DNA from: Marsupella aquatica
Lineage: Eukaryota > Plantae > Marchantiophyta
Assembly (NCBI GenBank): GCA_973895155.1
Contig: OZ316892.1
Coordinates: 3,351,223-3,415,222 of the forward strand
DNA: 64,000 nucleotides
Direction: 5' to 3'
The notes under the pieces are model-generated. The model was given only the letters and a program-made list of their open reading frames with translations, was not told the DNA's origin and searched no databases. The position numbers and the translations under genes are program-made. Of the stretch, positions 36,875 to 50,951 are shown piece after piece (within the stretch, counting starts at the first letter, position 1; the number at the start of each line of letters is the position of its first letter).

Positions 36875-39800
36875 TCAAAAAGGGTGGGAACCATTCTCTG
36901 ACCTCTCTAATGTTCTAACAGGGCCTTTGAACCATCTTCTAGCATAAAGAACCCAGGAACCGACAGTTAACACCAGTGTCCCCCCAATTGCCACAGGTGT
37001 GTAGTTCAGTGTCTGAGAGTTAATTGGATAATCAACAGGTACGCAAAACATAATCGTCAAGGCGAGCACCCAAAGGACAGAAATCCAACCCACGAAGAGG
37101 CTGAGACGCTTTCCCAGAGCAAAGGGCCCCGGAATGAAGGTATTGCGTGCCACCGTGACTCGGAACAAGGTTGGCAATGCATACGAAATGTATAACGCGA
37201 CAGTCGCAATGGAAATCATTGCTTGAAATGCCACAGCACTCCCCAAAGACTGCACCACAAATGCCGGACAAGAATTTAGAGCCTGAAACTTCTCCAGGAC
37301 AGTTTAGCAAACCAATAACCTTATGGACACCACTTGGTGTGTGACGGTAGAACCACGACCTTGGCAAGACTGAGCCCACAGTCTAGTGACAACAGTTTCC
37401 ACGTTCGAAGTCAGAATCATGATAACCATCAACATACCCATGCATGGCAGAATGGCCACCCTGGGTAACTGTTAGCATCAGCTCCCTGGAAAAGCTTCAG
37501 AATACGATTGCAATTGCTCTAGGATCTCAATTTCAGAGAGTTCAACAGTGAAAGGAAAGTCAAGTTCCTACCGGAACTGCGAGGAGCAAGGCCACGAAAG
37601 CAGACAGCCATACTGCGTTCAGTGGAACTTGTCTTCTATTCACTCTGTGCCAAAGTTTTGAGAAAGGCATGGCACCATCTCTAGAGAAAGCAAAGACCAT
37701 CCTGCAAGCAATGATACAAAAGAGAATGATTATGTCCAGTTGTCAACCAGAATACGTTTCGAAAATGGTAGTTAGGTTTTCGATAGGGCCAAGAACATTC
37801 CAGTCAATTGTGTACCTTGAATTGCTTGCGATTGCGGCCAGACCAGCGAACCAGATGGCAACACCCACGACACCCAGGCAGATAATGCCCCCAGTTCCAC
37901 TCCCATACCTGCCGTAGAAAGCATCATAAAACACTTGGCCTATGGCGTAGCCTCCTGCATCATTTCCTGGATCAAGCACAGATTGTGGATCCGGGGTGCC
38001 GAAGACGAGGCCTAGCATATAGGCAAAACCGACTATACTCGAAATAATTACAGCACTCAAGATGCCATAAGCTCCATTTCTATCCGAGGCTTTGGTCTCT
38101 TCCGTCTACATACACATCAAAATTCTTCCCTTAGAGACTGGAATAGAGACTTTAATTAAAATTTCCAAAACAATAATCGGAGAACTGAATGCCACAGGAA
38201 CTTCACCTGCAGAGCTACTACCACGATGCAGCCCAAGAATGAAAAGTTTATGAGAAAAATTACCATATGCGCGGACATATCATAGCCGATCAAAGCATAT
38301 GGCCATATCAACATTCCCAATATAAAGATGTAAGGTTTGCTGTGAATTCCAGCACCAGTGTCGGTGTTGAAAGAAGTAAATACAGACTCGGCACTTTGTC
38401 GTTCATTTGAAACTAGCGGAACCAGGATCATCAAGACTAATACTCCTGGAAACAGAGGTGCCGAAGGCTTTCAGAGCAGGATGATACAATCTTGTTAGAA
38501 ACACACCCCATCCATAACTTGTGTTCCCGCTTGTCATTTGGAAGAATGATGGCTGGAAGAATGATGCTCATTTGTATCATTCATGGAAACATCACTATCG
38601 ACCTCTCGATTGATTTCTGGGTACGGAAAAGGAGACATACCAACCAGATTCCAAATTGATGCCAGAGTTCCCACGTAGGCGAGAACCGTGATCGGTAAGC
38701 TGTTGAGGAGAGCATGCATAAACAAATAGCTAGCATGGAAAGCAAGTACAAGATACTTGGATGCATAGTATCCGCCTCCATTTAATCCTCCTGTGGAAAG
38801 TAATATCATAGCTTGCAACAAAATTGCCAAGGAAAACTCCCCACTGGCTGTCCCTGCCCACTGCATCATCATCAGTTAAATGCTAATCATTAAAGAGGAT
38901 GGCCGAAGCCCCATCAACCATTGAAGCGAATAGCTGGGACATGAGTTTTGTCTTAGGCACCAGGAAAAGAATTCGCATAGTGAATAAAAACAGAAGATAA
39001 GTGGGGCGTTAAGCTGCCAGTTTAGTTTATCTTTGTCCCTTATGACCTTGGAAAGACATTCAAACTGATTTTGTTATAAGTGACACAGTAGCTAAGCTGA
39101 TACAGGGTTTGTTACAACACCATTGTGTCGAATGTAATGCAAATGGGCAACAAAGAAGAGTAACGGACCTGGCCAACCAGACTAAACCTGCAACGCAGCA
39201 ACTGAAGCTTTAGTCATTTGTACGTGGTTAGAGGTAACTGGGCTTCAAATTCATTGGTGAACATATAGAAAGTAAGACTTCCAGACCAACAACATTCATC
39301 CATATCGTTCAGGGTTAGGCATGGAGATAAAACGAAATTTTATCGTTCCGGTTGGTGTGGAAAGAATTTCTAATTACATTCATAGAAGCTCACTCACCAG
39401 CCAGTCATCCATGCAGCAAAGGGTCCCCAAGACGGCCCACAGAGCTGATAACTCCAGTAGTAAAGACCGCCTGAAGTAGGAAAAGCAGAGCAGATCTCAG
39501 CCATGGAGACAGCCACACAGAGATTAAAGAACCCTGCGATAGCCCACCCGTACACCATTGAAACTGGTCCTCCATATCTTAGCCCCGTGCCATAAAGAAT
39601 GGAGATGCCAGCCAATATACAGATGATGCTAAATGAGAAGGCAAAGTTGGAAACCACCCTGCCAATGAGACCAACAGAATTAAGGTACAGTTAAACGTCA
39701 TCGTGCTAAGACAAACGTAGCAAAAATATCGAACATATACTGACAAAGTAGAGAGGAAAGATTTTGCGTCCTTTCCAAAAACCATCAGGATTTGTATGGA

Positions 39801-40433
39801 TCAACTCAGCAGAATTTCAAACATATTTCCTACAGGAAAACCTTTTTCCAAAGCAATCTCAGATCGTGCACCCCTTTGCATAGTTTCTCAGGGAAACCTC
39901 TGCTAAAAATGAATTCAAGGAACCCGTAATGGTGAGGAAAGATCCTCTCCAGTTCACTGGGACTATAAATCAAGACCTCCAACTGTATCTCTACCAGGAC
40001 TATCACATTTTTGGCACTCAACAAAGTCTAGCTTCCGGTCCTCTGGACCGTTGTCAGCAACCTATGAACCACCTCCTCAGATTATTCAGGCTCCAGTACA
40101 ATTATACCGTATGAATCAATTAGTTGAAAGCTTTTCCACGTGGCCACGAAGGATTGGAGGCGAACAAAAGGCTATGAACCATCGTGCACTCTAATTGTGG
40201 TCATCTTCGTTATGAGAATGTGCATCGAAATCTCGTCACACTTAGGGTCTACTTGAGGCTGACCCAATCCATGGAAAGGACTGATTTGCTGGCGCTAGGG
40301 AAGGAGCACACATGGACATAGCGAATGGGACTCACCCAAGATCTCGGCTCAGCAATTGCTTGTAGCCGAGCTCTTCCAGACGCGTCTGCCCCGAGTCCTT
40401 GGGCTTCTCGCCCCCGTTCTCGGTTTGAATCAT
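36875..40433 (-). CDS. BAT1-like amino acid permease, copy 3, 8 exons
   Basis: Exon 1 at 40433-40336 (MIQTENGGEKPKDSGQTRLEELGYKQ); the other exons are collinear with copy 2; ends RSENGSHPF*. Confidence 0.92.
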
Positions 40434-41435
40434 TATCAATCTCCCGCAATTGCCACGTCCTGTGTCTAGCAGGTTATCTCTTTGATTTTTCGAAGAGGTG
40501 GTCGGCCTCAGTCTTTTGCTTATACGTTACAGTTGGCAACCATCGCATCAACCACTCGTTAAGTGAAGGTAAATCTATCTCAGCTGGAAAACTCACGTCA
40601 ATTTGAATGGATCAGGCGAAAAATTTCCCTGGCATAGTACTTCTATGCCATTCCGCTCAGGAGACAAATCAATCAACAATGCACTTCCTGGAACAAATGA
40701 CATTCACAATGCAAGTATCCAGACCTCAATAATATATATACCTCAATCATACTTCTTCCCTGCTTTGCGAATCACTTTTGCTAAGAAATAAAATAAAGGA
40801 AGGAATCAGTCTACTGACCATCGACGAATAAAGAGGGGGGCCTACTTTGGAATCTAAGTCCACTTGATTCACTGTCTATTCATTGGTAGACAGTTACGAA
40901 ATGCAAAAAGATGGTCAAATAGGTAGTCAGCTCAACAACCATGATTTGATCTCCTGCCCTCGGTTTAGATTGCTTTCTAATACTGCACTGATTCTCAGCT
41001 TTTGAAAGAGCTCTTGTTCTTCAGACTTTCGGAGGTGAAGCCTGTTTCTGAGCAGATCGATTTGAGCTGACAGGCAATATAAGCATTCCAGCTCTAAGAT
41101 TAGCCAATTACAAATTAAACCGAAAATCTGTCTATTGTAGCGGTGATTTGGACTAAGAGCGATAGAAATTACTTTAAAATTTACTCTGTCTAGTGCGTTG
41201 TTGGCCTCGAAGACTATGCGCAATGACTTTGGCCTGGAAGACTTTGCCTAGTACCGTAGACTGTTGACATTGTCTCCTTTCAGTTGCACGTTTAGTACAG
41301 TGTTGACCTCGAGTTCGTATCATGGATATCACCGGTTGATTGTGGATATATAAACAAACATATGTGCTCTTTTGTTTCTTGTCGTAGCATCCTACTGTAG
41401 TGCCAAAGCTGATTCCCTGCCGAAAATGGATAGTG

Positions 41436-41610
41436 CTTTTAATTTAAGGAGAAATCTTCGGAACCCCACATGGATAGTGTTTTTAATTGTTTAAATTTAA
41501 GGATAAATTTTCTAAACCCCACAAAAGTGGAAGAGTCAGTCACAACATTTGAACCCAAGACCTATGAATCACTATTTAAATTAATTATCACACAGCCATG
41601 CGTCTCTGGG
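41436..41610 (-). mobile_element. Second SINE copy (41480-41610) plus an adjacent 3'-end-only fragment (41436-41470)
   Basis: Aligns with 27191-27357 (AAACCCCACA..AAG.GGAAGAGT...TTGAACCCAAGACCTAT...CATGC.TCTCTGGG); AAAATGGATAG at 41423-41433 and 41614-41624, TGGATAGTG again at 41471. Confidence 0.65.
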
Positions 41611-41629
41611 TAAAAAATGGATAGGATTA

Positions 41630-44047
41630 GGGGCACGCGGTCCCCATTACAAGATACAGGGTGGCCATATAGGGTGGCCATATAGGGTGGCCATATGTTG
41701 ACCCTAGTAAGAACATTCCCCCCCGTCCTGCAATGTGGCGGGCCTGGTAGACTATCCTCTTCCATCACTGGAAAATCAAAAAGTGATACCCCAACAGACA
41801 CAGCTGTCAGCACCGCTTTCCTTCCGGGCCGCCAAACCTGGAGCCCAGCCCGCAAGTTCTAGCATCAACAAGCGGCTGCTATCCCGGCCGGTTCTGCCTT
41901 GCTATTTGAAATTGACGATCAGTATTCTTCCTTCTAGAGCAGATCGACGCTCTTGATTCAATCACATATTCTCCCCGGTTCCCCATTTGAGCTTCATGTT
42001 GCCTGTACTACTTGGTGTATAGTGGTCCATTGTTGTCCGCTCCGTGTGTGTTTGCTACTTTCCTTGTCTCTCTTGTACGTCGAGTTGGAGAGTGTTTTGA
42101 TCGAGTGCTTTGCAAAATGCTGAAACTTGCAAACCTCAAAGCCAAACCTCACCGCAGGACACTTACAATTCTGAGGCACCTGTTGCTGAGCAGAAATTGG
42201 ATCTCTAGTCTTTCTTTAGTAGGAAATAATAAGCGGAAATTTTGTTGATTCCATTTGCATTTCTTCTATTTGTTGTATCAATTCACTCTGCAAGCAATCA
42301 CAAAGGTCTCTCCCACATAGATTACAACTTGCTTGAAACATTCGTGATCGATTTGGATTGATGCCATTTTTAGTTCCCCGATAAATTCAATCTGTAAAAA
42401 TTTATTCATGGTACATGTTTTCACTAAGCCTTGGTGAAATCTCTCCGGTTGTCTGAGGACCAACGGAGTCCTTTCTAACACCTGCTAATGCATGCATGTG
42501 AAGTACAAATGCTTGCATGCAAAGTACAAATGTCTTGGCACCAGGATGGAAGCTCTTTGAACCAGGTTCTATTAACTTCATCAATTTAAACTGCAGCAAC
42601 CGTCTCAATTAGTACTTTCTGTGTGAATTGTGCAATATATCCTCAGTCCAAAGAGTGCTGCAAGTGAGACATACTGGAAGACATAATGTCCTCATTCCAG
42701 AGAATTTAACACATTGCGTCAATTTTGAGATCAATAGTAATACCCAAGAGCAATCTCTACTACATTGTTGTGAAAGTGATTGAATCTACTCAGAAATGCT
42801 CACATCATGAAAGCGTGGCCTTTATCTTTGAGAGCCCACAAATGGCCTACTAGGTCTCACTCTTGAAAACCGTTCGAATGGGCCTGAGTTAGTAAACCTT
42901 TTCAAAGACCCAATAGCTGTGGTTTCCCGAATCCAACACTACTCATCTAGTGCATCAGCCAGAATTCCAAGAGAGAGCATTTGAAGAGCAGCTGTAATCT
43001 TTGGGATCAAAGACAAACCAAGAATGTTGGCAGCATCATATTTTTGCCAAAACAATGTATCATGTACTGATCACAAGCAGCATTAAAAAAAATTCCAGAG
43101 AAGATGTTTCCTCATAATCCTGAATTTCCTTCTACATTTCAAGTCATTGTACACTAGCTGTTCATGAAAGTAGTATTTCCAATTTCTCTAATGCCTCCCT
43201 TGTCTTTCAACTAACATTGGCAACCTTTCTAGGCCTAGAGCCACCTCGTTCACGAATTCTATGGCGACTACAGTAATCCATCAAAGCAATAGGTCCAAAG
43301 TGTGTGACTGTCTCGCACCATACTTGTTCCTGCTCCATTTTTGAGAACCCAACTTGCATTTCATCTGCAGATTGTGAATTATGCCATTCTGCTATTGAAT
43401 TAACATACCAAAGTTTTATTATCCTAAAAACTGTTGGATTTCTACAAATCAGTGCACTACAAGTGGAGAAAACAACAGAAGACCTAGTTCAATGAGATTT
43501 GCAAGATTTGGAGTGGTTTGCACTGTTCCGATAGATCAAGTTTTGAGAGTCGGAGCAGCAGTTGCAGTGCACATTCAAACAAATGTTCTCCCTAGTGCCG
43601 GCATGTTTGGAGAGGGGCATGTTGAGGTTCAGGCAGGTGAATTTTTGGGCAGGGTTAGAAGAAACCTGCTCAAACTACCGGGCTGCTTTTCCAGCCCTGT
43701 ATCCAGTTGTTGGCGGGAGAAAGGTCTGGGACAACTGCGGGACCGACAGCCCGGTCCTCACCAGGCCCTGAAAACATCCCTTTACCAGCCCACAAATAGC
43801 ATGACCAGTGGGGAGGCTCTAAGCGGAGGGAAATATGGGAGACCATATAATCAGGAGTTGATTCCCTGCGGGATGCTCTAAGCGGAAAGAAATTTGGGAG
43901 ACCATATAATCCGGAGTTGATACCCCACCAAAATACGATTAAGGGCGTGCAGTCTCCTTTGCGAGAATCAGGCTGACCGTATGTTGACCCATGTAAGTGG
44001 AGGGAAATATGGGAGACCATGTAATCATGAAGGGGACCTTATGCCTT
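41630..44047 (-). mobile_element. Old, degenerate PIF/Harbinger element with transposase remnant at about 42300-43390
   Basis: Minus-strand fragments FGPIALMDY..RGGSRPRK, CRRKFRIMRKHLLW, QKYDAANILGLSLIPKITAALQMLSLGILADALDE and VLERTPL align to the transposase at 14188-15537. Candidate imperfect TIRs GGGCACGCGGTCCCC and (rc) AGGCATAAGGTCCCC; boundaries less certain than the remnant. Confidence 0.75.
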
Positions 44048-44281
44048 TTGATTTTACTTTCAAGTCCTGTGCTCAGTTATGATTGGACCACATTGACCGA
44101 TGACATTTCTGCTCTGCTTACCATGCTCAATTTTGCATAGAGACCGCATAATTGAAATGAGATATTAAAAACTACACAAGACCAGGAGTAACTAGGCAAG
44201 GACCATGTAATAAGTGAATGCACAACTTTAAAGGTTCTGTAAACAGATGATGGGCAAGTGCCGGGGGGATTGTATACCGTA

Positions 44282-44720
44282 GCCTCCCTCTAGTGCAGAA
44301 ATTGGCTAAGTGCAAGGATAAGTGCAAGGCACCATATTCTTCCTGTTTTGCACCCTTTCTAAGTGCAAAACAACCTGGAATATTTTGTTAAACAAGAACT
44401 TCACAGGTGCAAAACCCCTGATAAGTTTTTGCACTTATCGGTGAGTGCACAATCCCATCAAATTGCATTCATCCATAAGCACAATCATGCTCTTTAATTT
44501 TCAGTAGAGTAAAATTGCACTTTGATCTGGATTAATTAGGACACCAAATTTAGGGGAGGATGTATGATTTGTGGGACAGGTATGAGACAGCTCAGTAATG
44601 GAGGGGCTGGATACTTATGAAGCAGTGCAAAATTCATCCATAAGCACTTATCAAGTAGTGCAAACCCTGGTGTAGGCACACTGAATCCATCTTCCCAAGA
44701 GTATGCACTTAGTGAGAGGC
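44282..44720. mobile_element. Possible MITE rich in AGTGCA/TGCACT motifs
   Basis: Left GCCTCCCTCTAGTGCA versus right (rc) GCCTCTCACTAAGTGCA; no clear TSD. Confidence 0.45.
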
Positions 44721-44734
44721 AACTCCATAATGGA

Positions 44735-44980
44735 GTGTTTAGATTGGAATCACTCCAAGAGTCACCCTAATTAGAGAGAGAGAGCCAGAGAGGGAACTCT
44801 ATATCGTAGTGTTTAGATTGGAATAAGTCCAACAGTCACTCTAATTAGAGAGAGGCTATTGTATATTACTGACAGTGTTTAGATTATAATAAGTCCAACT
44901 ATCACTCTAATTAGACATAGTCTACTGTATGTTATTATATCATTTGATTTGGAATATGTCCCAACACTCACCCCTAATCT
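44735..44980. repeat. Four degenerate ~65-70-bp tandem units
   Basis: GTGTTTAGATTGGAAT.AGTCCAA.AGTCAC.CTAATTAGA repeated; single copy in the paralogous region near 33126-33170. Confidence 0.75.
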
Positions 44981-45479
44981 GGAAGGAGTGGTCTTGGTAT
45001 GAGGTTTTCCACTCTCTAGACTCAGCTGTTGACTCAGACCTTTGGTCCACGGTCTTAATTTAAGACACATACTTTCCAAGTCAATAATTTTGATTCTCAA
45101 CTTTCATACGAGACAATAGTTTAGACATTTCAAAGAATATTATGAGGCTATGTCATGCATAGACAACTTGCTTTTGTGGGTCCTTGTTGTCTCTAGCTTA
45201 AACTCCGATCCCACAGTGACCAGAATGACGTCTCTAGCTTTAACTGTAAGCCCACAGTGACCTGACGCTGATTTTCAAATGACTCAAAATTCGGAGTTCA
45301 CATATTAATCGATGGTGCCTCTCACAAGAGACAAAGTGCAAGACTAAGGGCCATATAAGGACTTAAACCCCACGTGAACTTTAAATATATTTCACAATAC
45401 CAAACGACAAAAATGTCAAACTGGGAGACCTGATTTCACAGGCAAAAAGACCCATTAAAGGGGAGGAAAAAGGGGAAAC

Positions 45480-46560
45480 GCTATATTAAGAAGACAAAGA
45501 TGCCCAACAAGTCAAGGAGTACTCCACAAGGGACTCCACAAGAACAACAAAGTCCACTAAGAAGCAAAGAACTAAAACCCGCTACTGGGCAGAAAATTGA
45601 AAATTTTGGTAGAGCTATAGAATAACCGCATAGGAGGGTAATGGTAAAAGCCTGAGTACTCTGAAGATACAACGTACCTACAAACTCTGTTGACAGAAGG
45701 CCACGAGGACTGGAACAGGGGCTAAGGCCTCCGCTACCATTTAGAAACTATACGTTACTGATTACCAGTAGTTACCATTAAAAGTAGTTTTTAGAATTTC
45801 TTGAAAACATGGAACATACTGGCACGGAAGAGGAGAAAAGTGAGTGGAAGGTGGAGAAATTAAGGAGGAGGTCTTTGACACTTCCACTCCCTTTTCTTCT
45901 CTATTGTGCCAGTTTGCTCCACAATGAGGAAAAAAACTACTTTTAATGATACCTACGAGTAACCCAGGCTCTTTGAAGGGCAACTTGTCTGAAATTCTGT
46001 AAGACTCAGTCAACCAACGGTGCGCCGTCTGAAATTCTTTCAAATGCAATAACCCTGCAACAGCTAATGTCACATCCGCCACCCCAAACTGATGTAGGAA
46101 AAATTGTGATGTGAACCGGGCCTGCAACTGCAGACCAACACACGGCTGACCATCCAATACATAACTTCTCCAATGGCAAGTGGCCGGACACCGCCTGCCT
46201 CCTTGGCCAATGTGACCAAAAGTCAGGAGGCCCCCAAGAGCCGAGCCACAACAGGGGGAAGACTACCGGCCGCCACATGGGCACAAACCTGGAACCTCAC
46301 CTGGAACAACTGAGTAATTCCAGTCGCAGAGTCATCGGGGGAGAAGCAATTTATCTCACAAATGCTCAAACCTCATCCCATAGACACCCCCTGTGGAGAG
46401 ACGAGGTAAATGGAGGAAGGCAGATGAAAAGATCTCATGTGAAAGGGAGAACTCAGTTTCAGGAACAAAACTCCCAACAAAACCCGGAACCTCAGCCGTT
46501 GTCGAAGGATGGAGCACCCTAAATCCTAAATATTTGACAAGTTGCTTGAAGCCCTCTATT
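45480..46560 (-). mobile_element. Possible highly decayed LINE-type retroelement fragment
   Basis: Weak: minus-strand GFKQLVKYLGFRV (KYLG-like) near 46515-46552 and broken ORF fragments downstream. Confidence 0.25.
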
Positions 46561-48236
46561 AGTAACCTGGTAAGGTATTGTCATTCATTGATCTATCTGA
46601 TGTGAAGCTACTTGGATTGCACCTTATTATCTTTCCACTAAACAAGGTTACAAGTAACCTGTTATTTAGTATACTAGAGGATGCAATGTCTCATGTGGAT
46701 TCAAAGCTTGGGTGGACCTAGTTTGTGCAGTATATAACCTCCATGGATAGTCACCCTTTACACTGTCAGTTGCTCACACTCTTCCAGAGTCTGAAAGGTT
46801 TTTTATCAACATGTTTTTCCTGAAAGTTTTTTATCAGCAGAGATTACCCCGTCACTCACTGTACTACTCTTCACAATTCTGAACATTTTATTAGTAAATT
46901 TCAGCCTTCAATTTGTTCCTCGATCTGCAACAGAATTGGCAGTTCTAGGATTTGTTAGAAGCAGCTTGAAAAGGTGTTTCCAGTGGCTGTTATCGGGTTA
47001 GATAGAAGTAGCTTGGAAAGGTCTTTCCAGAGTGTCCAATACCTCCCACTTTCATTAAGAATTGAGAGGGGTATGAGGTACCAAAAATGATTGTCTTGTT
47101 GCACATGTTGCTATCTGGTGTAATTTGGATGACCTGAACAAGAATAGTGTTTTGATGCATCTATCCTAGTTACCAAAATACACCTGAGCATTTGCAAAAA
47201 GTCCTATGGAGCATTTTGGAAAATATGGAGGCCCATCCAGCTTCAAATTTATCCTTTGTTCAGAGTTCATTTTGAAGGAAGGGAAAATATGTAGCTCAAG
47301 TAGGTGTTCATGATTTAGTTTCCGTACTTTGTTTGGTGGACAGTCAATGTGAATTCTTGAGAGATTAGGCTGGCGTCCACATTCTCAGCTGTTGGGAATC
47401 TTGGTATTCAAAGTTCAGAAGAACTGAATGAGGACACGCCTCGAACCGGAACGGTAGCGTATAGAATTGAGTCACATACGAGTCCTGTCAGTGACATCTC
47501 CAATCCAATCCTAACCCATTTGCTTACATTTTGAGTTATATTTCTTTGAGTTTCCGAGAAGGTACAAGTACTACAGTACTTCGCTCGTTTTGCTCTCTTG
47601 GCACTGATCGTCCACACATTCCATAGTCCGTCTGTTGATTTGGTCCTCGTGAACAAACGGAACCCACTGAATTCAATCTAATGCAGAATAAGCAGTCCTC
47701 TCTAGCTCAAAACGTAGAGTAATACATACAGTGTTAGATTGTGTAGGATATTTCCTCTCCGAGTTCAGGAGAGTAGCATATGTTTGAAATGCGCATGGCA
47801 TGAGCCAGTGACAGCTTGCTCTCTCAGCTTGTCCCATGAGCTGGTCATTCGACCAAAAAGGACAAAACGTTGACTGTGCTTGCGCTCATTACACTTAAAC
47901 TGGACATTGATCAAAACAATTGTGACATAGGTGGTCTCCACAATTCTAAACAAGTGCGCAAGACTTTTTGTACAAGAGCAGTATAATTTACAGAGAAATA
48001 CAGCCATTGGTCCAGAACCTAGCTTTTATGGATAGTGATGTCCTTCCTACCGAGGTCGTTGCAAAACTGAGAGTAAGATGACACTATCTGTTGACAACGC
48101 TTGTCTCAAACTAGAACTGACAAAGGGAGAACAGACGAATTAATGCATTGCATTGGATCCGTGACTGGAGTAACGTACACATCGGTACCAATTTGGGAAT
48201 AACATTCTTCAGTTAAGCCGCTGCAATCACTTGAAC

Positions 48237-50883
48237 CTATCTCTTTCCATTGCTGTAAGGTGTTTCTAAGAGTTCCTTCATCCTCGTGCTGGCTACGGTG
48301 AGTGCTGATGTTCTGCCAACAAGTGGCTCTAGAATTGACCGCCATCTACCCACACTCCAAGTTTCGTCGGCTTCTGTGCCAACACCATTCACAAGATAGC
48401 TCGGAGTTGATGTCACATACCTCGAGCATCCATACTGCATGAATCAACCGCAAATCAGCTCAAGAAACTAATGAACTATTATATCGCCTAGCTAATTGCT
48501 TGTCCATGAACTCATTTCTCTAGCCAGTACATCCACCTCTGGCATATTCATTACGTCGTGCTCTATATTCAACATCAGGACAAAAATTAGTTGCAGAAGT
48601 GTGTGTAGACTTACTTTGAAGGATATTCGGGTCGCTTGGTCAAGGGACGAATCCGAGAAACCTTTATAGACTTCATCAAAGGATAGCCCCACTTCCACGG
48701 CCAAACTTACGAAACGTTGGACCACACTCGAGGGAGTTTCGTCTGCTGTTGCATCGTTTGAGAATGATTCCTGTGTGACCAATCAAAGGCTTAAAATAGA
48801 CGTCTAATAACTCTAGATTCAACTTCTGAACTAAAGTTGTTGCCAATGGCAGCCTAAACACTTGCCTATCCCTAGGCATGCAACACGTATTGCACAAGCA
48901 TAAACTCTGCTGCATAAGGAGCAGTTGTGGAGACCACTGGAGAGTTACGGAGAAAGTGAAGCCATGCGCAAATAAGAACGTCAATGGAACAAACCTGATT
49001 TTCATAAATGAGTTCCAGCAGAGGGACAGTGGCTGAAGAATTCAAGCTGTTGGCGATGTGAAGAAGTCTAGCCGAAAAGAATGCATTGTGGTGGAATCTG
49101 TAGTGGAAAGAAACGACTTCAAAAAATCAGCATTTATAAATTGCCTAGCGGACTCCAGAGTTTTCAGTTCTATCGATTTTTTAGTTAATCTGTTGATAAT
49201 TACTTCAGCTCGTCAAGTTTTCCAGTTACATAGAGATTGGAACCGATACATTGATGAATAACTTGATGCTCGACACGGTTCTCAGTGGAGTCTTGGGAAC
49301 TAATCTGCTGATAATCAAAATCGAGCGGTTTTTAAACTTGAGAGCTTCACAATTCCTCCTCGCAAGAGAGAATCTATGCATTACAGACGACTTCCTCTCA
49401 AGGTCTGAAGGGACAACGTGGAGACGATCGAACGGAGACAGAACAGTCCATTGATCTAAAATACCTTATGACCAGTTTATTTACAAAAAACTTGCACGAG
49501 CAACACAATCACAGACATCAGACTGGAAAACAATAATGCCGACTTGATCCAATCTCTGGCAAAGACCACAACTGCCCAGCCAGAAGGGCTCAGTGCAAAC
49601 AGTACCCTAGGTATATCGAATAACTGGCAACGGCGCTCCTAAATAACGCAGGAGAATCATAACAGTGCGTAAAACTATAAAGGACAACTTCTTCTTTTGT
49701 CATTGGATGCCGTTGTCTCTGAAAAGAGCTGTATACAAAGAAAGGCCCAGAAGGGACTCAATTGACCACCAAAAGCCCAACAAGTTCCCTAGTGATTAGA
49801 TGTACTAGCATCACTTTGAGTGACACTTATAAAATAAGAAATAAAGTCTAACATGGTATCAGAGCTAGTTTTCAAAACCTGAAACCAAACTCTGAGACTA
49901 TGCAAGATTTCATATTTCATTTGCTGGCTTTACTAGAATCAAAAATTGAAATATCAAACCTACAATAGAGGTTTTGGTGATTGAGAGAGACAACTGAGAG
50001 ACACAGCTAAGGGACAGATTTGCAAAACATGGGCTCATTGGTGATTTCTATTTCAGTTCGAGCGACTGAGTGACGTTGTCTCTAGACTGCACCAGCCTAG
50101 TCAAATATATATACCTCACAACTCAGTTCAGAAAGACCACCCTCCTCATTACATAGAGAGGTCGCTGGCTGCTAACCGAATCACTCATGAGAGAATAGAA
50201 AGAAGACAAAATCTATATTGAGTAGTTGAATTCTGGAAGTACCAGCTTCTTAATTCTCAAAGAACTACGGACACAGTGCAATCTTCACGAGGTAGTACGA
50301 TAGGACCCATAGGGGCACCAACCTCAAAGCAGACTAGGCCTTGGGGTAGGAACCTCAGGGAGTGTGAGCTATTGACTAATTGCCTGGTAGGCAGCTCATC
50401 TACAAGTGTCAAGTTGATGGAGGGAGAGAGAGCGAGTGTATAAACCAAGAAATCACAAGCGACTGGCTGAAAGAAACAATTGTGCCATAACGGTGCATAC
50501 CAGACGCAGTGAGGCCACTCTTGAACGGTGAATTTCACATCCAGGACATCACTTCAACACCTACAGTACTGAGAAAACAATGAAAAGGCTGTTGGAGACT
50601 GTACTTACGGAACGGGGAAGGGGTGGATGATGAGGGAGAGTCCGGATCCGTAGAGCTCGACTAGCGTCTTAATCGTGGACCAGGCCGAGCGGCAATCGGG
50701 GCACATGGGATCAACGAAGGCCTCCAGCACCACGGGCAATTTCGTGGCAGGCAACTGCGGAGGAAATGTGAACCCGTCATACTGTCCGGGAATGCTGAAG
50801 GCTCCTACCACTACGGTGAGTGGCAGAGACGAAGAGCTCCCACCCAATAATACCAATGCCAGCAGAGCCCATAGTCCCGACAT
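48237..50883 (-). CDS. Secreted DsbA/thioredoxin-fold protein (plant thioredoxin-superfamily type), 4 exons
   Basis: Exons 50883-50609, 49097-48995, 48770-48615, 48434-48237; hydrophobic N-terminus; LEAFVDPMCPDCR, HPFPVPFHHNAF, ATRISFKYGCSRYVTSTPSYLVNG. Confidence 0.9.
49854..49865 (+). mobile_element. Orphan LTR end plus tRNA-Met PBS (LTR-element remnant in intron 1)
   Basis: ...TCTAACA directly followed by TGGTATCAGAGC; no partner LTR or ORF found. Confidence 0.5.
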
Positions 50884-50951
50884 AACTTCTTCCGATCTGC
50901 TTGAATGCCTGATTTGCTTCTACACTCAGCTTTCTCACCCGCCTGGATGGG

